Shown: positions 48,270 through 58,944 of the stretch, piece after piece
Position numbering within the stretch: the stretch's first letter is position 1
Layout of the letters: each line of letters starts with the position of its first letter
NCBI GenBank assembly: GCA_023251535.1
Contig: JAHEYP010000001.1
Location: 288,868-352,867 of the forward strand
DNA length: 64,000 bases
Source: Bacteroidota bacterium
GTDB lineage: Bacteria > Bacteroidota > Bacteroidia > AKYH767-A > OLB10
Reading direction: 5' to 3'
The notes under the pieces: generated by a model
Seen by the model: only the letters and a program-made list of their open reading frames with translations
The model's database searches: none
Told to the model about the DNA's origin: nothing
Translations under genes and position numbers: made by a program

Positions 48270-51200
48270 CTACTTTTTGATGACTAACTTCTTGGTGATT
48301 TTTTCAGTTCCAGAAGATAAAGTTACAACATAAATTCCTGCACTGAATTTCGACAAATCGATCTGCATTGAACCAGCGGTTGTCATTGAAGTGTTTTTAT
48401 CATAAATCTTTTCTCCAACCATATCGAAGATTTCGATTACTGCATCACTTCTTGATTTAAGATTATAGTCGATGTTTACCAATCCTTCAGTAGGATTAGG
48501 GAATACATTTAATTCGTTTTTATCGGTGAGGATGTAATCTTGTACTCCCACTGTTGTTAAACCTACAACAAATTGCTTGTATACTTGTCCGCCGAAATCT
48601 GAATTCCAATTATAAATCGGAACTCCATTCACATCTTTAAAGCGAATTAACCCTGCACCTTGCGCTGTATTTGCCCACCATGATAATCCATCTTCACCAG
48701 CATCCAATAATTCGAATTTATAACAACCATCAGTAAGTACTACTGTATCACGATAAATTGTATTTGCGCTTAATCCACTTTTAGATAAAATAATATTCCC
48801 TGATCCGTCTTTTAACGTGTAGCTATTTTCAGACGGAGCATTGTTTGTTTGCAATTCGATTACAAATGAAGTAGGCATTACTGAAGGATAACTATACACC
48901 GATTTCATTGTATCGTTGTATGCGTATTGATCTGTTGCACCATTTGGATTACTGATGTAGGCATAGAATTGAGTAGCACCTCCAATCCAATTGAAATTCG
49001 GTAATGTTATTGTAGACGATTGCATAAACGCAAGGCTACCTGTCCATGTATAAGTTGTAGGTGTTCCACCTGTTAATCCGTAAGTAATAGTTGCCGATGT
49101 CATTGTAGTAGCACCAGTATTTTTAATTACGATAATTGGGCTTCCGCACACCGCATTTTTTCTCGACCACATTTGATTATCTGATGGAGCGATGATATCT
49201 TCAATTGCTGCATCATTTGTAAAATTAGCAGGACCGTAGCTCACTAATTGATCTTCGATTTGATAGTAATCCCAACCTGTAGTATGATTGTATGCTTGCA
49301 CATCGTGATCGAGTGAAAAGCTTGTTCCTGGAGTTACCCAGTTGCTAATTTCCCAATCATACGTCCACACTTCAGCTCCAGGACACCAGTTCGAGCGATC
49401 GTATACCCAAGTACCACCTTGAGGATATAAAGGATTGTAATCGCAATTATCTCTCCATACTTGCTTTGTATAACGATTCACTCCATTCACTTTATAGTAA
49501 TGTGATTTAGGACAAAATTCTGCACAGTTTGAAGGAGTATCCATTCCGTGACCAGTTACACGCGACTTCCAACGCGCCATTGCTGCATTTGCGGGTATGC
49601 TTACCGTTAGTGCTTGCAAATGATTATCGATTGGATCAGAAGGAATACCATAATCGAAATTACCATTCCATAAATTTTGAATGCTGAGAATATTACGCGG
49701 AGGCGTTCCTTTGATCATCACAAATTTCAGATCCAATAATTCTTGCCAGTTACCTGCTGATAAATGAACGCTATCTGCAAGTAATGTTCTATAATCACTA
49801 ACATCGAAAGTCCATGTCCAACCATTACCTAACGAGAGCCCATTACCATAAGGAGTAATATAACGCGCCAACTCATAACGAATTACATTAGGAGCGTAAG
49901 TATAGTACATATGTGTTGCTTGATTATATGTTCCATCAGGAGTAACCAAACTTGAATCAGTGGCTTGACCTTGTGCGTTGAAAATATAATTCGAATAATA
50001 CAATGGCCATACCATCGTAGTATCAAGAGGTGTTCCTACTTGATTTAAAGTATCGTAAGTAATTACTTGAACTGGAGGAATCATGGTTGAATCAACCACC
50101 AATGCTGAATCCATATACGAAGTATAAATTCCTTTTTCAAAAATTACATTCGGACGTAAATTAGTTTCAGTAAATCCGAAGTTCACTTCTGTAGCAGGCT
50201 TCAAAGGATTATCGGCACCCAAATTAAATGTTGCAGGAGCATGAACAACCGGAGCACCATCTGCTGCAGTAACATAATTACCATCATTAAAATTATAGTA
50301 TGCGACCAAATTATTGTAATAAGGATTTGATGCATCTATTTTACTCTTCATATTATTTTGAATAGCTGTTAAAGGCAAATCAATATTAAATACAGCAAAC
50401 TCATCCATTCTTCCATCGTAAGAAAGTGATCCATTCCAATGACCTCTACCAATTCTAAAGCTTGAAATACCACTCATCAATTTTGTTTTCCCTGCAGTAG
50501 TAAAGAAGGTAGTGCCATTCACATAAATTTTCATTGCACCTGTTTGGCAATTCTTAGTAAATGTCCAATAGTTCCATTGACCTTTAATTTGCGCAGCTGT
50601 TGCCAACTTAGAAATACGATCATAAGTAGAACCTGTAGCACCTGCATCCCAATACACTTTACTATCAGACCAAGGGCAATGAGAATTTAATATTCTATTT
50701 CCTGAAGCATCAACAGCTTCGAACGCTGTTCCATCCATTGGTTGATATAGCGGATCGCCATACGACCAAAAACAAACAGTAACGAAAGAATCTATTGCTG
50801 CGATATCCGGATTTACAGGAACATCCACAAAAGAATTATAGTGGAATGCTGCAGTACGATCATTAGCGGCTGTAGTAACGCCTGATTTAAATGAAGTCGA
50901 TGTAGACTGAATAACATTATCAGCACCTGCAACTGAATTATCGTAAGTTATTTCGATAATAATATTTGAAGTGCCATCCCAGTTAAACGGAGTTGTTAAT
51001 TGAATAGAATTCCAACCCGAACCTGTTGAAGCGAAAGAAGTGTTTTTCGAATATACCGTAGTGAATCCTGCCGAAGTTGTTGTTGCTGCAGTTAAAGTAT
51101 CTACAGTAACCAATTTCATTCTGATTGCCAACTTATGCATATCGGCTCCTACATTTTGAAGATAGAAACGTAATCCGGAAATATCTCCTGCACTCATACC

Positions 51201-51713
51201 CGCAGCCGTTAGTTCCGACGCTCGCCATAAATATTGCGATTTAGAAACAGTAGCTGATGTTCCGAAAGGATGATTCGCTGTTGTTGTTGCATTACCTACT
51301 TGATAAGTGGAAAGCGATGTTGTTGCAGTATGAACTAAAAAATGATCCCAATAACGAATATAATTATACGCTGGATGAGTGATGTATTGATATGTTGGAA
51401 TATCGGCACCATTGAACGAATATAAATTCTGAGCGTGCAAAGTACTATCGATCAGTCCTGTGTTCTTATAGATATAAGTGTTTGTTAAATAATCCCACTC
51501 TCCACAATTCGGGAATTGATTCGGATTACATTTCAGTGTATACAACATCTGAATTTTTTCGAAGCTTACAGTATCCGAAGGGAATACAAACCAAGCATCT
51601 TGAGGAGACCCGAATGTAAAAGTCTGCACCACTACGGTGTCGCCATTAGAGGCTGATGCTCTATAGCTAAATGCAATTAACAACAGTGTTAAACCGAGTA
51701 TAATTTTCTTCAT
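48270..51713 (-). CDS. Peptide-N-glycosidase F-related T9SS protein with inserted LamG and other domains
   Basis: 'CGEWDY', 'ELARYITPYG', 'FDVSDY', 'TGHG', 'CAEFC', 'GTWVYDRSNWCPG'; LamG-like 'QWNYWTF..MKIYVNG..GRMDEF'; CTD 'VFPNP...GIYVV...KLVIKK'. Confidence 0.85.
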   Translation of the reverse strand: MKKIILGLTLLLIAFSYRASASNGDTVVVQTFTFGSPQDAWFVFPSDTVSFEKIQMLYTLKCNPNQFPNCGEWDYLTNTYIYKNTGLIDSTLHAQNLYSFNGADIPTYQYITHPAYNYIRYWDHFLVHTATTSLSTYQVGNATTTANHPFGTSATVSKSQYLWRASELTAAGMSAGDISGLRFYLQNVGADMHKLAIRMKLVTVDTLTAATTTSAGFTTVYSKNTSFASTGSGWNSIQLTTPFNWDGTSNIIIEITYDNSVAGADNVIQSTSTSFKSGVTTAANDRTAAFHYNSFVDVPVNPDIAAIDSFVTVCFWSYGDPLYQPMDGTAFEAVDASGNRILNSHCPWSDSKVYWDAGATGSTYDRISKLATAAQIKGQWNYWTFTKNCQTGAMKIYVNGTTFFTTAGKTKLMSGISSFRIGRGHWNGSLSYDGRMDEFAVFNIDLPLTAIQNNMKSKIDASNPYYNNLVAYYNFNDGNYVTAADGAPVVHAPATFNLGADNPLKPATEVNFGFTETNLRPNVIFEKGIYTSYMDSALVVDSTMIPPVQVITYDTLNQVGTPLDTTMVWPLYYSNYIFNAQGQATDSSLVTPDGTYNQATHMYYTYAPNVIRYELARYITPYGNGLSLGNGWTWTFDVSDYRTLLADSVHLSAGNWQELLDLKFVMIKGTPPRNILSIQNLWNGNFDYGIPSDPIDNHLQALTVSIPANAAMARWKSRVTGHGMDTPSNCAEFCPKSHYYKVNGVNRYTKQVWRDNCDYNPLYPQGGTWVYDRSNWCPGAEVWTYDWEISNWVTPGTSFSLDHDVQAYNHTTGWDYYQIEDQLVSYGPANFTNDAAIEDIIAPSDNQMWSRKNAVCGSPIIVIKNTGATTMTSATITYGLTGGTPTTYTWTGSLAFMQSSTITLPNFNWIGGATQFYAYISNPNGATDQYAYNDTMKSVYSYPSVMPTSFVIELQTNNAPSENSYTLKDGSGNIILSKSGLSANTIYRDTVVLTDGCYKFELLDAGEDGLSWWANTAQGAGLIRFKDVNGVPIYNWNSDFGGQVYKQFVVGLTTVGVQDYILTDKNELNVFPNPTEGLVNIDYNLKSRSDAVIEIFDMVGEKIYDKNTSMTTAGSMQIDLSKFSAGIYVVTLSSGTEKITKKLVIKK

Positions 51714-51826
51714 GATAGGGTATAAGGAATTGGGAAATAAAGATAGGAAACGAAACTATACTGAACAACTGAAAATTTCAAGATTAACTGCCACAAAATC
51801 TAGTTTTTTTTTCAAAATTTATGCGC

Positions 51827-51860
51827 AAAAAAAATCCCGATTCTTTCGAACCGGGATTTT
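51827..51860 (-). terminator. Intrinsic terminator after infB
   Basis: Minus strand reads AAAATCCCGGTTC-GAAA-GAATCGGGATTTTTTTT. Confidence 0.9.
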
Positions 51861-51877
51861 CTATTATATAGTTGTTA

Positions 51878-54800
51878 TTATGCCAACGTACGTTTAACCG
51901 CCACGTTTTCATATCCTTCAACTACGTCGCCTTCGCGAATATCGTTGAAGTTGTTGATGTTCAATCCGCATTCCATTCCTGCTTGTACATCTTTCGCATC
52001 ATCTTTGAATCGTTTCAAGGAAGCTAATTCACCGCTATGAACTACGATACCATCGCGTACTACGCGGATTTTCGTATTACGGCTGATTTTTCCTTCGAGT
52101 ACCATACAACCTGCAATTGTTCCGACTTTCGGTATTTTGAATACCTCACGCACTTGAACGTTACAGATAATTTTCTCTTCGAATTCAGGAGCCAACATAC
52201 CTTCCATCGCTGCTTTCACTTCATTGATTGCATCGTAGATGATAGAGTAAAGTCGGATATCGATTTGTTCATTTTCAGCTAGCTTACGCGCACTTACTGA
52301 AGGACGCACCTGGAATCCGATAATGATTGCATTTGATGCAGAAGCAAGGTTCACATCCGATTCGGAAATTTGACCTACTCCTTTCATAATAACATTCACC
52401 TGAATCTCTTGGTTCGACAACTTCAATAATGAATCTGCCAATGCCTCCACTGAACCATCCACGTCACCTTTTACAATTACGTTCAACTCTTTGAAGTTAC
52501 CGACAGCCAAACGACGACCGATTTCATCTAATGTAATATGCTTATGTGTACGTATTCCTTGTTCACGTTGTAATTGTAAACGTTTGTTAGCGATTTCACG
52601 TGCTTCACGTTCATCTTCCATTACATTGAATTGATCACCGGCTTGTGGCGCACCACTCATACCGAGAATCATTGCTGGTGCCGAAGGACCTGCTTCCGTG
52701 ATACGCGCACCACGTTCGTTAAACATCGCTTTTACACGACCGCTATAACATCCTGCAAGTACAACATCTCCAATTTTCAATGTTCCGCTTTGAACAAGAA
52801 TTGTTGTTACATATCCACGACCTTTATCAAGAGACGATTCAATTACTGCCCCTTTTGCAAGACGATCTGGATTCGCTTTTAAGTCGAGTAATTCAGCTTC
52901 TAATAAAACGCGGTCTAATAATTTATCTACGTTCAATCCTTTCTTCGCTGAAATATCCTGACTCTGATATTTACCACCCCAATCTTCCACGAGTAAATTC
53001 ATAGCAGCAAGTTGCTCCTTGATTTTCTCTGGATTAGCATCGGGCTTATCAATTTTATTAATTGCAAATACGATAGGTACTCCTGCTGCTTGCGCGTGAT
53101 TAATTGCTTCACGTGTTTGCGGCATCACACTATCATCGGCAGAAACTACGATGATGGCAACGTCGGTAATTTTCGCTCCACGGGCACGCATTGCGGTAAA
53201 CGCCTCGTGACCTGGAGTATCGAGGAAGGTGATTTTTCTTCCGTCTTCCAATTTCACTTCATATGCTCCGATATGCTGTGTGATACCTCCGGCTTCACCG
53301 GCGATAACGTTTGCTTTTCGGATATAATCGAGTAATGATGTTTTACCATGATCGACGTGACCCATTACGGTAACAATTGGTGCACGAGATGTTAAATCAT
53401 TCGGATCATCAACATCATCAGAGATTGCTTCTTGTACGTCGGCCGATACGAATTCAACTGTATAACCGAACTCTTCTGCTACAACCGAAATAGTTTCAGC
53501 ATCGAGACGTTGATTAATCGAAACGAACAATCCTAAACTCATACAAGTAGCGATGATCTGATTCACCTGCACGTTCATCATCTTCGCTAACTCATTCGCC
53601 GAAACGAATTCAGTTACCTTAATGATTTTCTCTGCCGATTGATCATCCATTTGCTCCTGGCGCTTCGCGTGAAGATCACGTTTCTCTTTGCGGAACTTAG
53701 AAGCCTTCGACTTACCTGTTCCGCTCAGACGAGCTAGAGTTGCTTTAATTTGATCTTGAATTTCCTTTTCAGTAGGTTCAACTTTAGGACCTTGGTTAGG
53801 ACCTCCTGGACGGCGATTGCCTCCTGGACCTCCCGGACCACGGTTAGGACCTCCTGGACCGCGGTTAGGACCACCTTGTCCGGGACCACGATTAGGGCCT
53901 CCTGGACCACGGTTTGGACCACCTTGTCCTGGACCACGGTTTGGACCGCCTTGTCCTGGACCACGATTTTGTCCACCTTGACCCTGGCCTTGACCTGGAC
54001 CACGGTTTTGACCACCTTGGTTATTTCCGCCTTGTGGATTTCCACCTGGCTTATCTTTACGCTTACGTTTACGCTGACCACCTTCAAAATCAGAAGAAGA
54101 AGCCACAGGCTTTTTCTTTGGAGGATCGACAGGTAGAATAATCTTACCAATAATATTCGGTCCCGTTAGTTTATCAACTCGGATACCGATATGTTCAGGA
54201 CCTGATGGTGCTGCATCAGCAGGTGGCGTTGGAGGAGGAACATCATCGCTCTTAGGCTTTTCAGCCACAGGAGCGGCAGGTTTCTCAGCAACAGGAGCTT
54301 TCTTCTCTTCAGCTTTAGGAGCAGCAGGTGCCGGTTTTTCGGCAACAGGCTCAGCAGGCTTAGCTTTTGGCTCTTCTACTTTCGCTTTAGGAGCAGCAGG
54401 TTTCTCTGCTACCGGCTCAACAGGCGCAGCCTTTGGAGCTTCGTCTTCAGCCTTCTTAGCTTTCACTACAGGCTTTTTAGGCGCAGGAACTTCCTCAACG
54501 GCAGGTGCAGCAGGCGCAGCAGCTACTGGAGTTTCTGCCACAGGAGCAACTGGTTCAACAGCAGGAGTTTCCTCCTTCTTCTTACCTTTCTTCTTTCCTG
54601 CGTCAAGATCTATTTTTCCGAGAATTTTCGGAGATTCAACACCAGCCTTAGCCTTGATAACTTCAGGCTCTTCCGGTTTCTCTTCTACTTTTTTAGCTTT
54701 TGCAGCCGGTTTCTTCTCCACAGGAGCTGATGCTGACATCTTAATCTCATCGAGACTTTTCTTCAGCGAATCATCATTATCCTGATCGGTGTCCACCTTC

Positions 54801-55066
54801 TTTACTTCCCCCTGACCCGGCTTAGCTTCGATCACGATATTATCGCGCTTTAACTTCTCACGGGTTACTTCTTGAGCATCCAGCTTCGCTAGACGATCCG
54901 GTTGATATTTATCTTGTAAAAGGGAATAGATTTCCTGCGAAACTTTAGCGTTCGGGTTACTATCAACCTTCACACCTTTCGATTCGAGGAATTCTACCAC
55001 GTGAGTAAGTCCCACGTTGAACTCTTTGGCTACCTTACTCAGGCGTATCGCTTTGTCTTCTGCCAT
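51878..55066 (-). CDS. infB: Translation initiation factor IF-2
   Basis: '[20 protein letters not shown]', '[12 protein letters not shown]', 'DTPGHEAF', 'NKID', 'SLKRFKDD'; follows nusA. Confidence 0.98.
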   Translation of the reverse strand: MAEDKAIRLSKVAKEFNVGLTHVVEFLESKGVKVDSNPNAKVSQEIYSLLQDKYQPDRLAKLDAQEVTREKLKRDNIVIEAKPGQGEVKKVDTDQDNDDSLKKSLDEIKMSASAPVEKKPAAKAKKVEEKPEEPEVIKAKAGVESPKILGKIDLDAGKKKGKKKEETPAVEPVAPVAETPVAAAPAAPAVEEVPAPKKPVVKAKKAEDEAPKAAPVEPVAEKPAAPKAKVEEPKAKPAEPVAEKPAPAAPKAEEKKAPVAEKPAAPVAEKPKSDDVPPPTPPADAAPSGPEHIGIRVDKLTGPNIIGKIILPVDPPKKKPVASSSDFEGGQRKRKRKDKPGGNPQGGNNQGGQNRGPGQGQGQGGQNRGPGQGGPNRGPGQGGPNRGPGGPNRGPGQGGPNRGPGGPNRGPGGPGGNRRPGGPNQGPKVEPTEKEIQDQIKATLARLSGTGKSKASKFRKEKRDLHAKRQEQMDDQSAEKIIKVTEFVSANELAKMMNVQVNQIIATCMSLGLFVSINQRLDAETISVVAEEFGYTVEFVSADVQEAISDDVDDPNDLTSRAPIVTVMGHVDHGKTSLLDYIRKANVIAGEAGGITQHIGAYEVKLEDGRKITFLDTPGHEAFTAMRARGAKITDVAIIVVSADDSVMPQTREAINHAQAAGVPIVFAINKIDKPDANPEKIKEQLAAMNLLVEDWGGKYQSQDISAKKGLNVDKLLDRVLLEAELLDLKANPDRLAKGAVIESSLDKGRGYVTTILVQSGTLKIGDVVLAGCYSGRVKAMFNERGARITEAGPSAPAMILGMSGAPQAGDQFNVMEDEREAREIANKRLQLQREQGIRTHKHITLDEIGRRLAVGNFKELNVIVKGDVDGSVEALADSLLKLSNQEIQVNVIMKGVGQISESDVNLASASNAIIIGFQVRPSVSARKLAENEQIDIRLYSIIYDAINEVKAAMEGMLAPEFEEKIICNVQVREVFKIPKVGTIAGCMVLEGKISRNTKIRVVRDGIVVHSGELASLKRFKDDAKDVQAGMECGLNINNFNDIREGDVVEGYENVAVKRTLA
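53787..54020 (-). repeat. Coding tandem repeat in the IF-2 linker (GG[P/Q]NRGP[GQ]; 21/27-nt units)
   Basis: About 8-9 units, e.g. [25 protein letters not shown], with synonymous variation. Confidence 0.9.
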
Positions 55067-55189
55067 TCGTGTTCTGTTCAGTTCTTTAATTTAGATCGAC
55101 TATGGAATTACAGTCGGTCGGGGTTGTCCGTATCTTTTACATCTTTCCGGAACGATGTGTATTCATATTCAATATATAGCATTAAGCTA

Positions 55190-56425
55190 TTACTCAAACT
55201 CAGAGCTCAAGATGCGTACTACCTCGCGAATTGTTTCTTCTTCAAGGTCGGTACGGCTTACTAATTCTTCAACAGGAATTGCTAATACGCTCTTCGCAGT
55301 ATCGCAACCGATTGCTTTCAATTCATCGATAATCCATGAATCGATTTCATCGCTGAATTCTTCAAGATCAACATCCTCCTCTTCATCTTCGCTATCGCGA
55401 TAAACGTCGATTTCGTATCCTGATAAACGTCCTGCTAATTTAATATTATGTCCGCCTTTACCAATAGCCAACGACACTTGATCAGGCTTCATATAAACTG
55501 CTGCGCGACGGTTCTCGTCGTCGAGTTTAATAGAAGTGATTTTCGCCGGACTCAAAGCGCGGGTAATATATAATTGGATGTTGTTCGTATAATTAATAAC
55601 GTCGATATTCTCGTTACGTAACTCACGAACAATACCGTGGATACGAGAACCTTTCATCCCAACGCAAGCACCTACAGGATCGATACGATCGTCGTAAGAC
55701 TCAACAGCAACCTTAGCACGCTCACCCGGCTCACGAACAATATTTTTGATCGTAATTAAACCATCGAATACCTCTGGAACTTCTTGCTCGAATAAACGCT
55801 CAAGGAAAACAGGAGAAGTACGTGATAAGATAATTTTAGGATTACTATTAACCATTTCAACACGTTGGATTACCGAACGAACGGCATCACCTTTCTTGAA
55901 GAAATCGGCAGGAATAGTTTCGTTTTTAGGAAGTACTAATTCATTTCCTTCGTCATCGAGAACAAGGATTTCCTTCTTCCAAATTTGATATACTTCACCG
56001 GTAAGAATTTCACCTACACGATCTTTGTATTTACGATAGATACCGTCTTTCTCTAATTCACTGATACGTGATACCAGATTTTGGCGTAATGCCAAAACTG
56101 AACGACGACCGAAATCTTCCAATTTAACAGACTCAGTTAAATCTTCGCCAACTTCGAAGTCAGGTTCAATTTTAATGGCTTCTGAGTACGCGATCTGCGT
56201 CACAGGATCTTCCACCATACCGTCTTCAACGATAACACGATTACGGTATAATTCAAGGTCACCCTTGTCAATGTTGATAATCACGTCGAAGTTATCGGCA
56301 GTACCATAGCGCTTGCGTAACATTCCACGAATCACATCTTCTAAGATGCTCATCATTGTTGCGCGGTCAATGTTTTTTACCTCTTTAAACTCCGAGAAGG
56401 ATTCTATCAATACGTGATGGTCCAT
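55190..56425 (-). CDS. nusA: Transcription termination/antitermination factor NusA
   Basis: 'FGRR', 'ILSRTS', 'EVPEV', 'REPGERAKVAV', 'DPVGACVGMKGSRI', 'SLAIGKGGHNIKLA'. Confidence 0.98.
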   Translation of the reverse strand: MDHHVLIESFSEFKEVKNIDRATMMSILEDVIRGMLRKRYGTADNFDVIINIDKGDLELYRNRVIVEDGMVEDPVTQIAYSEAIKIEPDFEVGEDLTESVKLEDFGRRSVLALRQNLVSRISELEKDGIYRKYKDRVGEILTGEVYQIWKKEILVLDDEGNELVLPKNETIPADFFKKGDAVRSVIQRVEMVNSNPKIILSRTSPVFLERLFEQEVPEVFDGLITIKNIVREPGERAKVAVESYDDRIDPVGACVGMKGSRIHGIVRELRNENIDVINYTNNIQLYITRALSPAKITSIKLDDENRRAAVYMKPDQVSLAIGKGGHNIKLAGRLSGYEIDVYRDSEDEEEDVDLEEFSDEIDSWIIDELKAIGCDTAKSVLAIPVEELVSRTDLEEETIREVVRILSSEFE

Positions 56426-56432
56426 TTCTACT

Positions 56433-56903
56433 CTATTTAAATTTGAAGTTAATTACAAGTTTTGCTTCGCGAATCTCACCAAAGGTTAATTGGTGGGTAA
56501 CTTCGCTAATTATTTTCTTTTTGTTCTCTTTTCTGGAAGTAGTTTCTTTCAGCTGAATACCGTTGTCATCGGCGCTTTCAAGAATTCCTTTGATCTCACG
56601 GCCTTCGGTAGTAACCACCTTTAGCTCTCTTCCCAAGCGACGCAAATACTGCTGCGGCACCATTAACGGACTGTCCATACCCGGACTGCCCACTTCTACT
56701 TCATGCGTTTCGAGGAAACCAGAAGGCTCCAACTGATCGATAATAAAGCGACTTAAAGAAGTGCACTCTTCCAAGGTAATTCCTGTGGGCTTATCGATTG
56801 AAACACCTAATCTATTGACAGACAGTTTAATATCGACGAGAAACTGATCGGTTCCCGCGATATGCTCCTGCACTAACTCTTGTATTTTAGCCTTATCAAT
56901 CAT
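56433..56903 (-). CDS. rimP: Ribosome maturation factor RimP
   Basis: 'GITLEECTSLSR', 'EVGSPG..PL..PQQY...GR.LKV'; first gene of rimP-nusA-infB. Start at MIDKAK (56903). Confidence 0.92.
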   Translation of the reverse strand: MIDKAKIQELVQEHIAGTDQFLVDIKLSVNRLGVSIDKPTGITLEECTSLSRFIIDQLEPSGFLETHEVEVGSPGMDSPLMVPQQYLRRLGRELKVVTTEGREIKGILESADDNGIQLKETTSRKENKKKIISEVTHQLTFGEIREAKLVINFKFK

Positions 56904-56915
56904 AATTTTAAGCAA

Positions 56916-56938
56916 AGAGGGGACTGTGGGTCCCCTCT
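56916..56938 (-). promoter_or_regulatory. rimP leader hairpin
   Basis: AGAGGGGAC-CCACA-GTCCCCTCT (minus strand), lying between a TATATTTG -7 box (56959-56966) and the rimP ATG. It resembles the GGG..CCC rimP-leader hairpin known from many bacteria. Confidence 0.7.
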
Positions 56939-57083
56939 CGATCTTAGTATTCTCACTGCAAATATACGTTTTATTTTCTTCCATATTGAAAAGTATTGAA
57001 TTATGATTCTTATTAGTGCCTGATTTATCACAGGATAGCACTTTCATGGGGGTTTCATAGCATATTTGTAACTTCGCGGCCTT

Positions 57084-58121
57084 ATGTTTCATCCCGGGTT
57101 ACCCGACAAAATCGTTAATATTTCATCTATTCTGTTATCTAAACTGATAAACGGAGGGAAGGATATGCGGACAATGGATTTTTCGAATATCCTGTGTATT
57201 CGTCAGGATGAAATCGGTGATATGTGCTATTCCCTCCACATTTTCAAGCTGTTACGTGAGCGATACCCTTTAGCGAAAATTACGGTTTTATGTAAACCTG
57301 CAGCTTCGGGCATCATCAAAAACGACCCCAACATTAACCTGATTGTTACCGATGTTAAGCAACTGAAGGGTAAATTTGACCTTACGGTGGACTTACGCGG
57401 GCGCTGGACTGGTGTCTTATATTCTTTGTTTCATCCTTCAAAAATTCGTTTGGAGCGAGGTTCGGTACGTTTAAAAAACAAGCTTGCCAAAGGTCAACCT
57501 CACGAAGCAGTTACCAATTTCGAGATCATTCAGCCCTTGTTGAGGAATCCTGAGATGAAGATGCCTCTTCCTGTTATCACTTCTTCGCAAGATGAAATTG
57601 CTGCTGCCGAGAAATACTTATCCGACCACGGATTAAAGCGTTTTGCCATTATGCATACGCAAGTAAAACGAGAACTTCGTCAGTGGCCAGGTGAGCGCTT
57701 TGCGGCAACGGCTGCTTTGTTGAAAAATGAATACGGATTAGATATCGTTTTCTGCGGTGATAAAACAGAAGTTGAAGGAATCGCTTCAATTCAGAAACAA
57801 ATCGATTTCCCTACTTACTCAGTAGCAGGAGTATTAAACTTAGGTGCATTTGCAGCACTATCTCGCAAAGCAACCTTCTTTATTGGCAACGATAGTTCCC
57901 CATTGCATATAGCTACTTTAAGTGGTGTTCCATCATTAGGATTATTTGGACCCGGGCAATCGGATACCTTCTTCCCTATCACTGAAAATTCGGGTTATTT
58001 ACATCATTTATTGCCATGCAATCCTTGTCACCAAATCAAATGTGTGCATCCCGACAATCCGTGCATTAAGCGTATAACGATTGACGAAGTGAAAGCGAAA
58101 ATCGCAACCTTATTGGTGTAA
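57084..58121 (+). CDS. Glycosyltransferase family 9 (heptosyltransferase-like)
   Basis: 'RQDEIGD', 'RQWPGERF', 'FIGNDSSPLHIA', 'GLFGP', 'LPCNPC'. Confidence 0.9.
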   Translation: MFHPGLPDKIVNISSILLSKLINGGKDMRTMDFSNILCIRQDEIGDMCYSLHIFKLLRERYPLAKITVLCKPAASGIIKNDPNINLIVTDVKQLKGKFDLTVDLRGRWTGVLYSLFHPSKIRLERGSVRLKNKLAKGQPHEAVTNFEIIQPLLRNPEMKMPLPVITSSQDEIAAAEKYLSDHGLKRFAIMHTQVKRELRQWPGERFAATAALLKNEYGLDIVFCGDKTEVEGIASIQKQIDFPTYSVAGVLNLGAFAALSRKATFFIGNDSSPLHIATLSGVPSLGLFGPGQSDTFFPITENSGYLHHLLPCNPCHQIKCVHPDNPCIKRITIDEVKAKIATLLV

Positions 58122-58187
58122 ATAAAAATTTCTTTTTTTACACAGAGGTCTCAAAGAAGCAGAAAGATTTTTCTTTGAAATACTAAA

Positions 58188-58847
58188 CTATGCGTTTGAA
58201 TTCTCCTCTGAAGAAGTGATTTCAGCAGGATTAACTTCTTGCTCTTTTTGATCGTGCATATTTCCGAATACTCGCTTTTGAAACACGATCATTAATATAA
58301 CACCCATAGAGATACTAGCATCTGCCACATTAAACACGGGACGGAAAAACAAGAATTCGTCGCCACCCCACAATGGGAACCACTCAGGATATTGCCCTTG
58401 CAAAACAGGGAAGTAAAACATATCGACCACTTTCCCATGCAGCAATGAAGAATAACCACCATTTGCTGGCAAGAACGAAGCTAATTGAAAATCACTTCCA
58501 CTAAACCAAACACCATAGAAAGTACTATCGATAATATTCCCTGCAGCACCAGCGATAACCATTGCAATACAAGTAATATAAAATGAATTCGCTTTTTCTT
58601 TTACTAGCTGAGTGAGGTACCAAAATATTCCGGCAACAAAGAAAATTCTGAAAATACTTAACGCAAGTTTCCCGTAAGCTCCTCCGAATTCCATTCCGAA
58701 AGCCATTCCGTTATTCTCGGTAAAATGAATGATAGCCCAGTCGGCGAAACGGAATTCCTGACCGAGGTACATATGAGTCTTCACCCAGAATTTAACTGCC
58801 TGATCGATTAATAAAATCAGGAATATTAACAGCAGCGGACGTTTCAA
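58188..58847 (-). CDS. lspA: Lipoprotein signal peptidase II
   Basis: 'DQAVK', 'ENNGMAFG', 'GAAGNIID', 'GKVVDM', 'PVFNVADASI'; ileS-dksA-lspA synteny; TTG start. Confidence 0.95.
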   Translation of the reverse strand: MKRPLLLIFLILLIDQAVKFWVKTHMYLGQEFRFADWAIIHFTENNGMAFGMEFGGAYGKLALSIFRIFFVAGIFWYLTQLVKEKANSFYITCIAMVIAGAAGNIIDSTFYGVWFSGSDFQLASFLPANGGYSSLLHGKVVDMFYFPVLQGQYPEWFPLWGGDEFLFFRPVFNVADASISMGVILMIVFQKRVFGNMHDQKEQEVNPAEITSSEENSNA

Positions 58848-58882
58848 TTGAAATGGATAGATTAAGAAATGGACTAGAATAT

Positions 58883-58925
58883 AAAAAAGTAACCTGCAAT
58901 TTTCAAATCAGAACTTGCAGGTTAC
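58883..58925 (-). terminator. Terminator-like hairpin between dksA and lspA
   Basis: Minus strand reads GTAACCTGCAA...TTGCAGGTTAC-TTTTTT. Confidence 0.75.
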
Positions 58926-58944
58926 CTTTCTCAATAAAGAATTA

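Noticed and set aside
53734-54150. Several repetitive ORFs in other frames (VVQDK / WTTV / LDHG repeats)
   Set aside because: Frame shadows of the IF-2 coding repeat
55093-55119. Small hairpin between nusA and infB
   Set aside because: Short imperfect stem with no U-tract; not enough to call a regulatory element
56904-57092. 63-aa N-terminal extension of RimP in the ORF track
   Set aside because: Spans the promoter box and leader hairpin and overlaps the divergent GT9 start; the true start is 56903
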